A DNA stretch of 62,954 nt, counting the filler, from Thraustochytrium aureum (lineage: Eukaryota), in the NCBI GenBank assembly GCA_012862495.1. It is 3 parts of 3 records of this genome, joined end to end, with 100 filler letters (N's around TTAATTAATTAA, not from the genome) between each part and the next. Parts side by side here need not be neighbours in the genome. Positions count along the whole stretch, not along the records: positions 43,978 to 62,954 come from BLSG01000215.1; 2 more parts are not named here. One strand, given 5' to 3'. The notes under the pieces are model-generated. The model made no database searches, had not been told where the DNA came from, and worked only from the letters and a program-made list of their open reading frames with translations. This document shows, one piece after another, positions 43,934 through 54,781 of this stretch. How positions within the stretch are numbered: position 1 is the stretch's first letter; every line of letters begins with the position of its first letter. A program made the translations under genes and the position numbers.

Positions 43934-43977
43934 NNNNNNNNNNNNNNNNNNNNNNNNNNNNNNNNNNNNNNNNNNNN

Positions 43978-45336
43978 GCGCCGAAGCAGCGGCAGAAGAA
44001 GGCAAGCGACGACGCCGTGATGGCTCGACCTCGAAGGCAAAACCCAATCTTTACTCGGCGCTCCCAACGCCAGTCCGCACTCCAGCCACTCCAAGTCGCA
44101 CAGGGACCCGAACAGGAAAGGCCGCGCTGCGTGCGGACAGCGCGAGGCCTTCGGCTGGCAACTGCGCAGCGCCGCGCAGCGTCGCGCAGCGCGACGGCAC
44201 ATCCAGGCGACGACGAGAAGGCCAGGGCCAGGCAAGAGCGGCCCGAACCAGCCGACAAACAGCGAGGGACACCCCAAGTTGACTTGATGGTTTGCCTGGG
44301 TCTCAGCATGAACGACGCCGACAGGCCGCACGGAGCGGAGATGGTCAGCATTTCAAAACGGGCCCGAGGGCCCCAAAACAGCGCCAGCGAATTCGGCCAA
44401 GACAGCAGCGCAAGCGAGCCCAAAGCCCTCAAGCGCCAAAAAACATCCGAGCAACTGGCGCAAGCCATGACCGCGCTGCAAACCGTAGACAGCAGCAGCA
44501 GCAGCAACAACAACAACAACAACAGCGACAACGCAAGCAGTCGCGAAGTGGACAATGCATCGGCGTTGGCCGCAGCGCCGTTCATCACGGTCCGCTTCAA
44601 AGACCCCGACTCGTGGCGGGCCTCGTATGTCCGCACGCGGCACAAGAACCTGCGCTGTTTCCCGAGCTGCTCGGTGCGACACATGGAGAACGGCTTCTGC
44701 GGGCTGTCCATCTTCGTCTACGTCGAGATGCCCAACGAATCACTGGTGCGCGAACTAGACCTCGTCCCGCTCGGCGCTCTGCGCAAGTTGGACGCCCCTC
44801 GCCACTTTAGCAAAAACGAGTACGCTTCCGAGGCCGAGGCGCTGGCCCGCGACGCTCAAAATGAAATCGTCGTCGGCGAGTGGCGCTCCTGGAACGCCGC
44901 GCGAGGCGCCTGGCTTGTCGAGTTTATGCCTCCGCGCCGATGGCGGTACAACTGCAAGCTTGCCAAGCACACGATGAAGCAACAGCACGTCTTCAGCAGC
45001 TACATCTGCACCGGCGGCCCTCCCGCGAGTCTGCGCCGCACTGGCACTGACAACCCGGAGAGTGACGCAAACTCGGACGGCGACGACTCGCGCGGGGACC
45101 AGCTCCCAGCCTCAGAAACGATCTCGCAGTCCTCGGCCATGCCGCCGGGAACCGATCCACGGCTTTGTGTGGCAACCGCGGACTCGCCACCCTTCCGACT
45201 CACCTCGGCCTGGAAGCAACCGACCACCTCGAACACGACGAGCGCGATGGGCCATCCAACGCTCGCTGCGCAAATGACCTCGAGGCTCTATGGCCACGCG
45301 GGCGGCTTGCCGTCTGCGCCTGCAAACCAAATGCTG
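43978..45336 (+). CDS. Uncharacterised protein with KNLRCFPxCxxxH motif (both ends in gaps)
   Basis: Long open frame with low-complexity flanks around a globular segment: FITVRF..SWRASYVRTRHKNLRCFPSCSVRHMENGFCG...WRYNCK...HVFSSYI...CVATADSPPFRLTS. Confidence 0.65.
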
Positions 45337-45951
45337 NNNNNNNNNNNNNNNNNNNNNNNNNNNNNNNNNNNNNNNNNNNNNNNNNNNNNNNNNNNNNNNN
45401 NNNNNNNNNNNNNNNNNNNNNNNNNNNNNNNNNNNNNNNNNNNNNNNNNNNNNNNNNNNNNNNNNNNNNNNNNNNNNNNNNNNNNNNNNNNNNNNNNNNN
45501 NNNNNNNNNNNNNNNNNNNNNNNNNNNNNNNNNNNNNNNNNNNNNNNNNNNNNNNNNNNNNNNNNNNNNNNNNNNNNNNNNNNNNNNNNNNNNNNNNNNN
45601 NNNNNNNNNNNNNNNNNNNNNNNNNNNNNNNNNNNNNNNNNNNNNNNNNNNNNNNNNNNNNNNNNNNNNNNNNNNNNNNNNNNNNNNNNNNNNNNNNNNN
45701 NNNNNNNNNNNNNNNNNNNNNNNNNNNNNNNNNNNNNNNNNNNNNNNNNNNNNNNNNNNNNNNNNNNNNNNNNNNNNNNNNNNNNNNNNNNNNNNNNNNN
45801 NNNNNNNNNNNNNNNNNNNNNNNNNNNNNNNNNNNNNNNNNNNNNNNNNNNNNNNNNNNNNNNNNNNNNNNNNNNNNNNNNNNNNNNNNNNNNNNNNNNN
45901 NNNNNNNNNNNNNNNNNNNNNNNNNNNNNNNNNNNNNNNNNNNNNNNNNNN

Positions 45952-46881
45952 GCACATCACTCGCGCCGTTGCCGCGCAGCTGGCGCCCGCCGCCTGAGCG
46001 CGCGCGGTCCTCGCCCCCGTCAAGGGGCTCGAGAACGAGCAGGTTGTTGCGATCCAGGCCGAGATCAACCAGCCGCTTCGCCATGTCGTCCGGCCCAAAC
46101 TCGCGCCGCGGGAACGCTTGGACAAGTCGGTACAGGGCGCCGCCGTCGGTGCGGCTCTCGTCTATAAAGTCCCTGATACTCGCAAGCCGCGCGTCCTTGG
46201 GATCAAAATAGCCCACCAATCGCTGGTCGTTGAGGAGCTTGACCCCAACCATGATGGGCCGGGACTCTTTTTGCGAAGGATCGCCTCCATTTCCTGGCCG
46301 TCTCCCGGACCGCGAACGCATGACCGTGGCCTCGTCCGGCTTGATTGTCTTGATGCCACGTCGGCCAACCCTGCGCGACTGCACCCAGGCGTCCGCGCCG
46401 AGGACGCGGCTCGTGTCAGACCCTACGGGAAGCAGCGTCTGATCCGCAAACGCTCGTACGCTGCTGGCGACCACCATTGCAAGGAAGACCCGCTCCACAA
46501 GCTTCTCCGCCCCAATCTCTACAAGCGCCTCCAGCTGGCTCAGCGTGCACGGTCCTTCCCGCAGGCCGAGGACGTGGCCGTCGGCCCCAAACACGCACTG
46601 AAACGGCATTCTCGCTTCTCGGACCCAAGGGACCGCCGAAACCACGCCACGGCGCTCACGTCTGTTGCCGCAACAAGTCTCACGCGCGCGGCAGCGGCAA
46701 GGCGAGGCCCGACGCTGCCGCCGCCCACGAACGCTTCTCGCTCCATGTCCGCGCCGGGGCCAGCGGCGTCTCTGTCCACGACGACAACAGCGAGACGCGT
46801 CGGGTCGCCGCCGGCGCCGGGGACGAGCGCGCGCTCTAAGAACAAGCCGGCTTGCGCGCCGCTCGCCTGAAACAGCGCCAT
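45952..46881 (-). CDS. UBX-domain protein, UBXN4/PUX11-like (thioredoxin-like N-terminus plus UBX); frameshift near 46615; 3' end in gap
   Basis: UBX: VGVKLLNDQRLVGYF....RLASIRDFID....LYRLVQAFPRREF...KRLVDLGL..LLVL. The N-terminal MALFQ...VVVVD...PFQCVFGADGHVL segment fits the UBXN4 architecture. Confidence 0.7.
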
Positions 46882-48002
46882 GGCAGCCGCCTGCTCGGCC
46901 GATGGATGCGTGCCTGGCGCGCCGCTGACAGGCAGAGCTGGCCAGCCTGTCCGGTCCGCGAACGAGGTGAACCATGTCGCCGACGAACAAAGGTCCTGTT
47001 CGCCGCGAGTTTTCAGTTGAACACTTGCTTGTTCCTCTCGAAGCTGGCAGAAGCGATCGCGCGCTCCAGCCAGCACGCGCTGCGCCAGCGGTCCATGCTC
47101 GGCCCCGCGATGCGAGGAGGGCAGCCCCGAGCGCCGCCAACCTCGCTTGCTTGCGCTTGGCCTTGCTGACGGCGACGGTACTCTCCAAACTGAAGCGTAG
47201 AGGCATAGAGTAGGCCGACTTACTTTACCGTCACTGCATGGTTATCGCGAGCAGTCGGGAGTCCCGGGCTGATCCTGAACAGCCAATTGGCACTGCCTCG
47301 TGTGTTACCTGCGCACTGCGCACAGAACACGCGATACCGACGATGAAACCATGCTCGCCCAAGGGCGAGCAACACCAGGGTCGGCGAGCCGCCTGCCGCC
47401 ACGGCGTCGCCTCGGCTCGGATCTGCAGCCCACGCTTTCGCAAGGACCCGCCTGCCGCTCGCAGCGCCACACTGGCAGGACTCTACTAGTACACAAGGAC
47501 TCGGAACGGATGGCAGCAGCTGGGTGGGTGGCAGGTGGTAGAGTGCACCGTGGTAGCAGAGCACTTGCATAAGGTAGCGGGGCGAGCCACGCCATGCCAG
47601 GCTTACGCGTTCTTGCAACCACTGAACACACCAGTTGGCCAAAATTGGCAAATTGGCCCCAGGTGCGCACGCACGGGCGTGGCGGAAGCGGCAAGTATGT
47701 CGCGCGTGCTGCCGCCACATTCGAAGGTTTTTCGTTTTTCGCCTTCAAGTTGGTCTCCGTTTTTTCAAGAGCCGCACGTTTCCGGCAAAGGCCAGGGGCC
47801 CCTCAGAGCCTCGGAGCCCTCAGGTGTGCACTCGAGAACGCGATTGTAATAGTCTCGAAGGAGACTCACGGATCCAGAGCTCCGGACCCATGTGGCGTGA
47901 CTTGCTTTTTGCGAAAGAATGCAAGATGAAGGAAGAGACGCGGAGTTTGGCGCTGGCTCGGGCGTGCAGAGCGACAGAGCAACCAGGGCGTCAGAGCAAA
48001 TC

Positions 48003-48222
48003 AGTACGAGTCGCTGAGCGCAAATAAAATAGTACGGGTCGCTGAGCGCAAATCAGTACGGGTCGCCGAGCGCAAATAAACAGTACGGGTCGCTGAGCGC
48101 AAATAAAAAGTACGGGTCGCCGAGCGCAAATGCATGAGTCGCCGAGCGCAAATGTATCAGTACGGGTCGCTGAGCTTTAAGCATTAAATATAGAGCATGT
48201 AATAGTACGAGTCACTGAGCGC
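48003..48222 (+). repeat. 23-28-bp minisatellite (AGTACGRGTCGCYGAGCGCAAAT), about 7 copies plus one diverged copy inside the adjacent CDS
   Basis: Copies start at about 48003, 48031, 48055, 48082, 48109, 48136 (partial) and 48159; AGTACGAGTCACTGAGCGC at 48204. Confidence 0.9.
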
Positions 48223-50236
48223 GATACGCAGGCGGATAAGCATGACCGAAAGCACAAACGGGATCGAGTAGGCGTAGACAGGGATCGAAACCAACAAGGC
48301 ATGGCTGAGCCGGCGCTCCGCCAACTCCCAAATCAATCCCGAACAGACGTACTGAAGCAGCGGGTTGCGCTGCAAGAAGGAGACCGCGCCCCGAGCCAAC
48401 ACGACCAGCACCGGAACGTGGCGCTCGAGCAGCATCATGACGCGGTCCGAGATTCGCTTGGTCAAGTAAGCGTAGCTGGTGGTGTCGTCCAAGTTGATGA
48501 GCCGCGCCAAAAAGTGCCCCACCGTGCGCGCCGCGCGCTCCGCCTTGAGCGAGCCTGGCGGGCGTCGCGCCTGAGCAGCGGCCGCAAGGCGCGCTCGCGC
48601 CTGCGGAATCACTGTCTTGGACGCCACTAGCAGCACCAAGTACACGACAAAGTCGTCGCGCTCCGTCTCCTCGCTCAGCACAGTGCGCAACCAGCTCCGC
48701 ACGCCCTGGTGCGCAAAGGCAAACACCGCGATCGGGGCCGCCGAGCGCGCAGCGAGAACGGCCACGCGGATCAAAAACTTGGTCGCGAAGATGAGCGGGA
48801 TCCAGTCAATCTCGCCCTCCATGACCTGCTTGATCTGCGTGCGCAGAATCAGAGGCAGGATCTTTACGACAAGGCGGCTAAACACTGCCAAAAACCCGCT
48901 CCCCACAAAGGTTCGCGCAAGGCTCTTGACGCACATGTCCCGACTGAGGAGGTTGGCCAGAAACCCGCGCACCAGCTCGGCTATTGCCCAAACCCTCACC
49001 AATGGAGGCACGCCGNNNNNNNNNNNNNNNNNNNNNNNNNNNNNNNNNNNNNNNNNNNNNNNNNNNNNNNNNNNNNNNNNNNNNNNNNNNNNNNNNNNNN
49101 NNNNNNNNNNNNNNNNNNNNNNNNNNNNNNNNNNNNNNNNNNNNNNNNNNNNNNNNNNNNNNNNNNNNNNNNNNNNNNNNNNNNNNNNNNNNNNNNNNNN
49201 NNNNNNNNNNNNNNNNNNNNNNNNNNNNNNNNNNNNNNNNNNNNNNNNGCGCGGCAAACGCCTCCCACCGCTGCTCGACAGGGACCGGCAGCTCGCCAGC
49301 CGCGCTCCCAGCAACCCCTGTCACGACATCCACGAGCCGCTCCAACTCCCCGTTTGCCAGCTTTGCAAGCGCCGCAGGGCACTGCACGGCCGCCCGTGCC
49401 CCCTCCCCGTTCGCGCCGGGCGCGGCAGCAGCTCTTGCGCCACGGCCGGGCCCGACGTTGCGCGACGCCGCACCCGCCGCCGCCAACGACTCGTCTCGCT
49501 GCTCGGCTTCACCAACCGCATCGGCGTCCTGGTCAAGTTGCGCAGGCAAGGAGTCGCGCGGCTCGCTCAAGCCTTGGAGGCGCCCATCTGTCCCCACGAA
49601 AACCTGGACCAGCTCGACGCCGTCAGAAATGTACATGAGGTTTTTCCGCCAGGCCGGCCGCTGGTTGCGATACAAAAGCCGGCGAAAGGCCTCGCTCGCC
49701 CGCACAGACCGCAGAATTGTGTCGGACGAAACGAACAGGATGCTCAGGTCCGAGGGCGGAAGCGCGTCGTAGCCCTGCACGCCCAGCGGCGAGAGCGACC
49801 TCGCGTCCACCAGCTCAAAGTCGTCCAGAGCCACGCCGTACCTGCGCAGCTGCACTTGCCGAACGAGCCGCTTCAGGCCGAAGAGCGTTATCTTCCGGTC
49901 TACCTCGAGGCGGACGCGCTCCTTCTCCCCGACTGGCCGCACCACGACGACGACCTTGCTCCGCGCGGCGCGAATCATCGCCTCGCGCCACGACCCCGCG
50001 CTCGGAAACAGGGGCAGCCTCGGTTTGCAAATAAACTTGTGCGCTCTATAGAGCTCCTCCCACACGCCCTCCTCCCTGTACACCGCATCTCGCAGGCCCG
50101 TGCAGCAGCACGCAAGGGCCGCCAGGGCCTCTGGTCCGCAGTACACAAACAGCACGGCCAGCACGTCGTCCGAGAGCGTCACAGCGAGCGTGTCCCCCGC
50201 GACGCTCGCCAGGCCGACCTTGATGCGAAACCGCAT
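48184..50236 (-). CDS. F-box plus ubiquitin-like-region protein, probably continuing across a gap into a multi-TM C-terminus
   Basis: LSDDVLAVLFVYCGPEALAALACCCTGLRDAV..EGVWEELY (F-box), then SWREA and VVVVVRPVGEKERVRLEVDRKITLFGLKRLV (UBL-like). The 48184-49015 segment encodes several hydrophobic helices and has no visible start. Confidence 0.6.
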
Positions 50237-51267
50237 CGCCACACCCGCCCGCCAGCGCCACCGGGCCGCGCAAGTCGTCCGGCGCCGCGCCGCGCCGCGC
50301 ACTGCTATCTAATGCCTCCTTGCTGCCTCGCCCCGCGTGCGCCGCGCGCTCTCGGGCTGATCTGGACCTGCCTCCCTCAACGCCTCGCGTCGTCCATCAC
50401 ACGTCGGCGAGGACTACTTTTGGACTTGGTTCACGACGCAGCCGCGCACTGCCGGACAGCCGAGCGGGACGCGCTGGCTGTGAACGATCGCCTGGGCCGC
50501 GAGTCCTCGCGCTGGCGACGATCGTCGTCGGGATGGACTCCTCGACCGCCGCGGGCCACGGTTGCCTCGCTTGGCCCATCGGCGCAGCTCGGCTCGGCTC
50601 GCGGCCCGAATCCGCGTCATTGTGTGCCCCATACTGACGCAAACTGCAAGTCACAAGACCGCACTACTGACGTGCCAGAGACGCCAGCGGCAGAGCGCGC
50701 CGCGGGCTCGTCACAGGGGGCCCAATCAAGACGCGACGCGCCGTGAGCGCGTCAGTCCTGTCGCCGTGACGATCGACGCGGGGCGAGTCGCACGTCACCT
50801 GGGGCCCTACGTTGACTGGACGAACGACAGGGGCGGGGCTGACTTGCGCGCAGATGTCTCTGCGCGAATTGCGATGCGCCGAGGAAGGTGGGCGGACGCA
50901 CGGACGGACGAAGGCAGGCAAGCAAGCAAGCAAGCCAGCGAGCGAGCGCGGCACCCTCCCGGCCCTGTGCGAGCAGGAGCAGCTCCAGCAAGTGAAAGCC
51001 CGGACCCCGTCTCGCGAGGTTGGCGCAGGAGCTTGGCGCAGGAGGCTGCTGTGCGGCGCGGCTCGTGTTGGCCGCCGGCGGACGGCGGCGCTCGCGGTTC
51101 AAGTTGGCTGGCCGGCTGGCTGGACGCTTGCGAGTCCGGCGCCGGCGAACGGGCCCTGGCGAACGGGCCAGGCGCGGCTCACCAGTGGCTGCCTCCGATC
51201 GTTCCAGCTGCCCGTATCGTCGTCAGTCACTACGTGGCGGCCACGACAGGCTGCGCCTCGCGCAGGA

Positions 51268-52190
51268 ATGGACGCAAAGGCCTCGGAGGAAGCGGCAGCC
51301 AAGCCAGCCGCGAGCGAGACTAGCGACCCTCCCTCGAAGCAGTGGTCGGAGCAAGAGGTCGACCTACTATATAGAGCCGTGCGCCTGCATGGCGAGAACT
51401 GGGCAGCTGTCGCAGAGCAAGTCGGGACGCGTTCAGGCGCCCAGTGCGAGGCCATGGCCCAAAAGGAAGCCAGCAAGGGCGACCTGATCTTCTCCTCCTC
51501 AAAAGTACAATTCCGCAAGTGGTCGGATCAAGAGCTCGCAAGGCTTCGCAACTCCTTCAACAAGCACGGGCGGAACTGGGTCGCCATTTCCCTCGAGGTC
51601 CGCACTCGCGACAACGTCGAATGCCGCAAAAAGGCCGCCTACGAAATCCGTTACGGCCGGCTCGTCGAGCCCAAAATCCAGCCGACGCCGAGGTTTAGGA
51701 CCACGGGCGGCCCAAAAGGGCCCCAAGAATACCGCCACAACTCGCAAGGAAAGAGTACGAGTTTGTGCGGCCAAGCAGGACGCGACCCTCGCGTCCCACC
51801 ACGACCCTGACAAACTTGGCCACAGGGATTCAAATGGTCATCCGCGAGCCGCGCACTGGCGCGCCGCTTCGACTCGGCACGGGCGCTGCACCGACTCCCT
51901 CCTCTTCCCCAGCGACAAGGCGACCTGGTCCTTCGTCGCAGGGCCGACCTTTATCTCCCAAGCCGGCGAGTCAAGTGGCTCAAGCGTGGAGCTCTTCGAG
52001 CGCCGCGGGAGAAACCGGGGATTCCGCCGCCCGCGCGGCCGCAGGACCCGCGGGGCTGCCCAGCAGCAAGCGACGCCGTAGCGACGTGGACGTCGACGTC
52101 GACAACGACACCCAACGGCCTGTCCAGCAAAGCCGTGCGACTGCAAACGACGAGGTCGCCGAGGTGCTGCTCGGCCTTCGCGCAAGGTGA
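51268..52190 (+). CDS. Two-repeat Myb/SANT-domain protein; intron 51755-51825
   Basis: QWSEQEVDLLYRAVRLHGENWAAVAEQVGTRSGAQC and KWSDQELARLRNSFNKHGRNWVAISLEVRTRDNVECRKK. Intron GTACGA...CTGAC...CAG joins in frame to IQMVIREP...DEVAEVLLGLRAR*. Confidence 0.88.
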
Positions 52191-52832
52191 GCGCTCGAGA
52201 CCGCGCGGTATACCTCCCGCGTAGCGTAGCGAGCCGACCAATGCAACGTGCGTGGTGCAGCAGCTCGCCGAGGGGTGGAGGGCAAGCAAGCCGTTGAGAC
52301 TTGGCCTGCATGTCCGTTGGGGATGTAAATAGTGGCGGCCTGCACTCTATGAACGTGGAGGGCCTGTGCAGCACGTGTACTACGAGTTCGCTCGAGCGGC
52401 GAAGGGCGGAGAAAGTGCTTTTCTTTGGCAAGCGCCAATCAATCGTGCCAGCAAAAAATCTGGCTCAGCAGCACCAACGCCCTGGCAAGGACTGAAACGG
52501 AGGCCGCGCAGGCCACAACACAAGGCAGACTGCTCGAGAGCGCTGCCGCCGCAGCCCAATCGGNNNNNNNNNNNNNNNNNNNNNNNNNNNNNNNNNNNNN
52601 NNNNNNNNNNNNNNNNNNNNNNNNNNNNNNNNNNNNNNNNNNNNNNNNNNNNNNNNNNNNNNNNNNNNNNNNNNNNNNNNNNNNNNNNNNNNNNNNNNNN
52701 NNNNNNNNNNNNNNNNNNNNNNNNNNNNNNNNNNNNNNNNNNNNNNNNNNNNNNNNNNNNNNNNNNNNNNNNNNNNNNNNNNNNNNNNNNTGCGTCTACG
52801 ACCGGCGGAGCGCTGGGTCGAGGAGAGGAGAG

Positions 52833-54380
52833 ATGTCCAAAGTAACCAACCAAACGGCCGACATCGACGGCGCGCAGCCCCGCAAGCCATTTTATTACAC
52901 CAATGTTGCCATGGAGGACGTTCAAGGCTCCAAGCCGATGGCTACCTATCACACGCGCTTCAGCAACAAGCCCGACTCGTTCTTAGTGCATGATATCGAC
53001 GGCGCCCGCCCACGCACCAACATGTTTCGCACGTCGCGTGAAGTTGACCCGCTTCAACCGGAATACAAGCTACCCAGCTTCGAGCCCGTCGTTTACGAGG
53101 AGCCGCGCTTCCTGCGCGATAGCTTTAATGTAGACGACATCAGCGGCACCAAACCGCGCCAGCCGCGCGTTCTGCAAACGCGCAATAGCTACGACGTAAG
53201 TTTCCGCTCAGGCGGCCACCGCCCTCAACAGCACGTGCTAACACCGCATGGCCCCTGCGCTGCCCCCTCGCCCCGGTCCCAGGTCGCAGACATTGAAGGG
53301 GCCAACGCGAGCTGGAAGCGTCACCATGTTCGCCTCATTGAGAAGCTTCGAGCCAAGGGCGGCTCACAGCGGCCCGCAACGCTCGATGTGAGCGACATCA
53401 CGTCCAAGGGATTCAAGTCGCAGCGCTGCACGAATCCCCTCCAACCTGTCTACCGAGTCCATGGAAAGGACGTTTTTGACTGCCCCAAAGGGACAAGGCC
53501 CAAGCCGCTCACGCGCGAATCGCAGTCGCCCTTCTTTTCTTTGCACACCGACGACGTTAAGGGTGCAAAGGGCGGCTCCGCCTCAGTTTTCCAAAGGCTT
53601 CGCGTGCATGAAAGAACCTACTTTCGCGACACCAACAATGTGCAGGACATCCCTGGCGCCGTCACGAACACCCTTCGGCGGGGCCTACGATCCAACCGCC
53701 AAACAAACCCCCTCGGCCCACGATACACTTACCTCCATGGCGCGTCGACGCCAACTCCGCCGCCTGAGTCCGAGCAGGACCTCCTCCGAAGCTTGGACAA
53801 GCACAAACATCCAGCGGTCGCCTCTCGGGCCGAGCCATCGAGCCGCGGAAGCGCTCGTGGGAACGACTTCACGGGCACAGCGCCGCCGCAATTTGGCACG
53901 TCCGCGTTCTCCTCGAGCGCTTCTTCGAATCAAGGGCGGAGCGCTTCGGCGGAAGTGTCGCCGTTGCTGCGGACTACCCAGCGGCCTCCAAATCTGTCTG
54001 TGCCTCCACGGGCGCAAGCGAACTGGTCCAGTGGCGGCGAAGAGTCGGCCAACCTGGTCGACTCAGCGTTTGGCACCTGCTCGGCGCGAAGCAAGACGTC
54101 GTCCGCGCGCAGGCCGCAGGGCTCATTTGCGCGACCCTCCTCTGCGCGGTCCGCATCTGCCAGGTCTGCACGAACTGGGTCCGGGCGGCGAAGTGGGCAG
54201 AGCCGCACTGGGTTGGACGCAACAGAGCCGGTTTCGCGCTCGTGCTTCCGGCCGGCAACTGCGCGAGAGACGAGACACCCGACTGGGGTCCACATGGTCG
54301 CTCCTGACTACAAAACCCGCAAGGTGTTGGAAAAGCACGCCGAGATCGAAGCGGTCAAGGACTTGCCGAGCTGGTTTTGA
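52833..54380 (+). CDS. Repeat protein with DIxGA and NPLxPxY motifs, likely cilium-associated; in-frame intron 53196-53282
   Basis: DIDGAQP, DVQGSKP, DIDGARP, DPLQPEYKLP, DISGTKP, DIEGA, TNPLQPVY, DVKGA, DIPGA, TNPLGPRY. Intron GTAAGT...GCTAAC...CAG (87 nt). Confidence 0.7.
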   Translation: MSKVTNQTADIDGAQPRKPFYYTNVAMEDVQGSKPMATYHTRFSNKPDSFLVHDIDGARPRTNMFRTSREVDPLQPEYKLPSFEPVVYEEPRFLRDSFNVDDISGTKPRQPRVLQTRNSYDVSFRSGGHRPQQHVLTPHGPCAAPSPRSQVADIEGANASWKRHHVRLIEKLRAKGGSQRPATLDVSDITSKGFKSQRCTNPLQPVYRVHGKDVFDCPKGTRPKPLTRESQSPFFSLHTDDVKGAKGGSASVFQRLRVHERTYFRDTNNVQDIPGAVTNTLRRGLRSNRQTNPLGPRYTYLHGASTPTPPPESEQDLLRSLDKHKHPAVASRAEPSSRGSARGNDFTGTAPPQFGTSAFSSSASSNQGRSASAEVSPLLRTTQRPPNLSVPPRAQANWSSGGEESANLVDSAFGTCSARSKTSSARRPQGSFARPSSARSASARSARTGSGRRSGQSRTGLDATEPVSRSCFRPATARETRHPTGVHMVAPDYKTRKVLEKHAEIEAVKDLPSWF

Positions 54381-54781
54381 GACGGTGCGAGAGCCAGCGA
54401 TGCCGCCGCGCTGCGCTTTGGTGAGTATCTTAGATAGCCGCCGTTCCTGGGCCAGCCTTCGGACGGGCCGAGGTTGCTCAGGGGCGTGCGTATTTCAGAT
54501 GGCAGCCGCGAGCAAACAAGAGATAAGATCAGGGATCTCTCCTTTCTTTTGGAAACAAACCGCTGCTCGCTCCTGTGACTTGCTTGTGCCATTCGCTCTG
54601 CACCGCACGCGCTTGGCTCGCTTCCATGCGAGCCGTCGAGGTGTGCCATGGATTGCCTTTGCAGAAAGCTCCCGGGCACACTCGGGGCTCCACAAAAAAA
54701 AAAGGGTCGATCTGGCGGATATGTACATCAAATAAATACATTGTGCCAACCTGCGCCGAGCGCTTCTACCTGGCGCTCAAC

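Noticed and set aside
48003..48175. CRISPR-like array
   Set aside because: Units are separated by only a few nucleotides, there are no unique spacers or cas genes, and the context is eukaryotic. It is a minisatellite.
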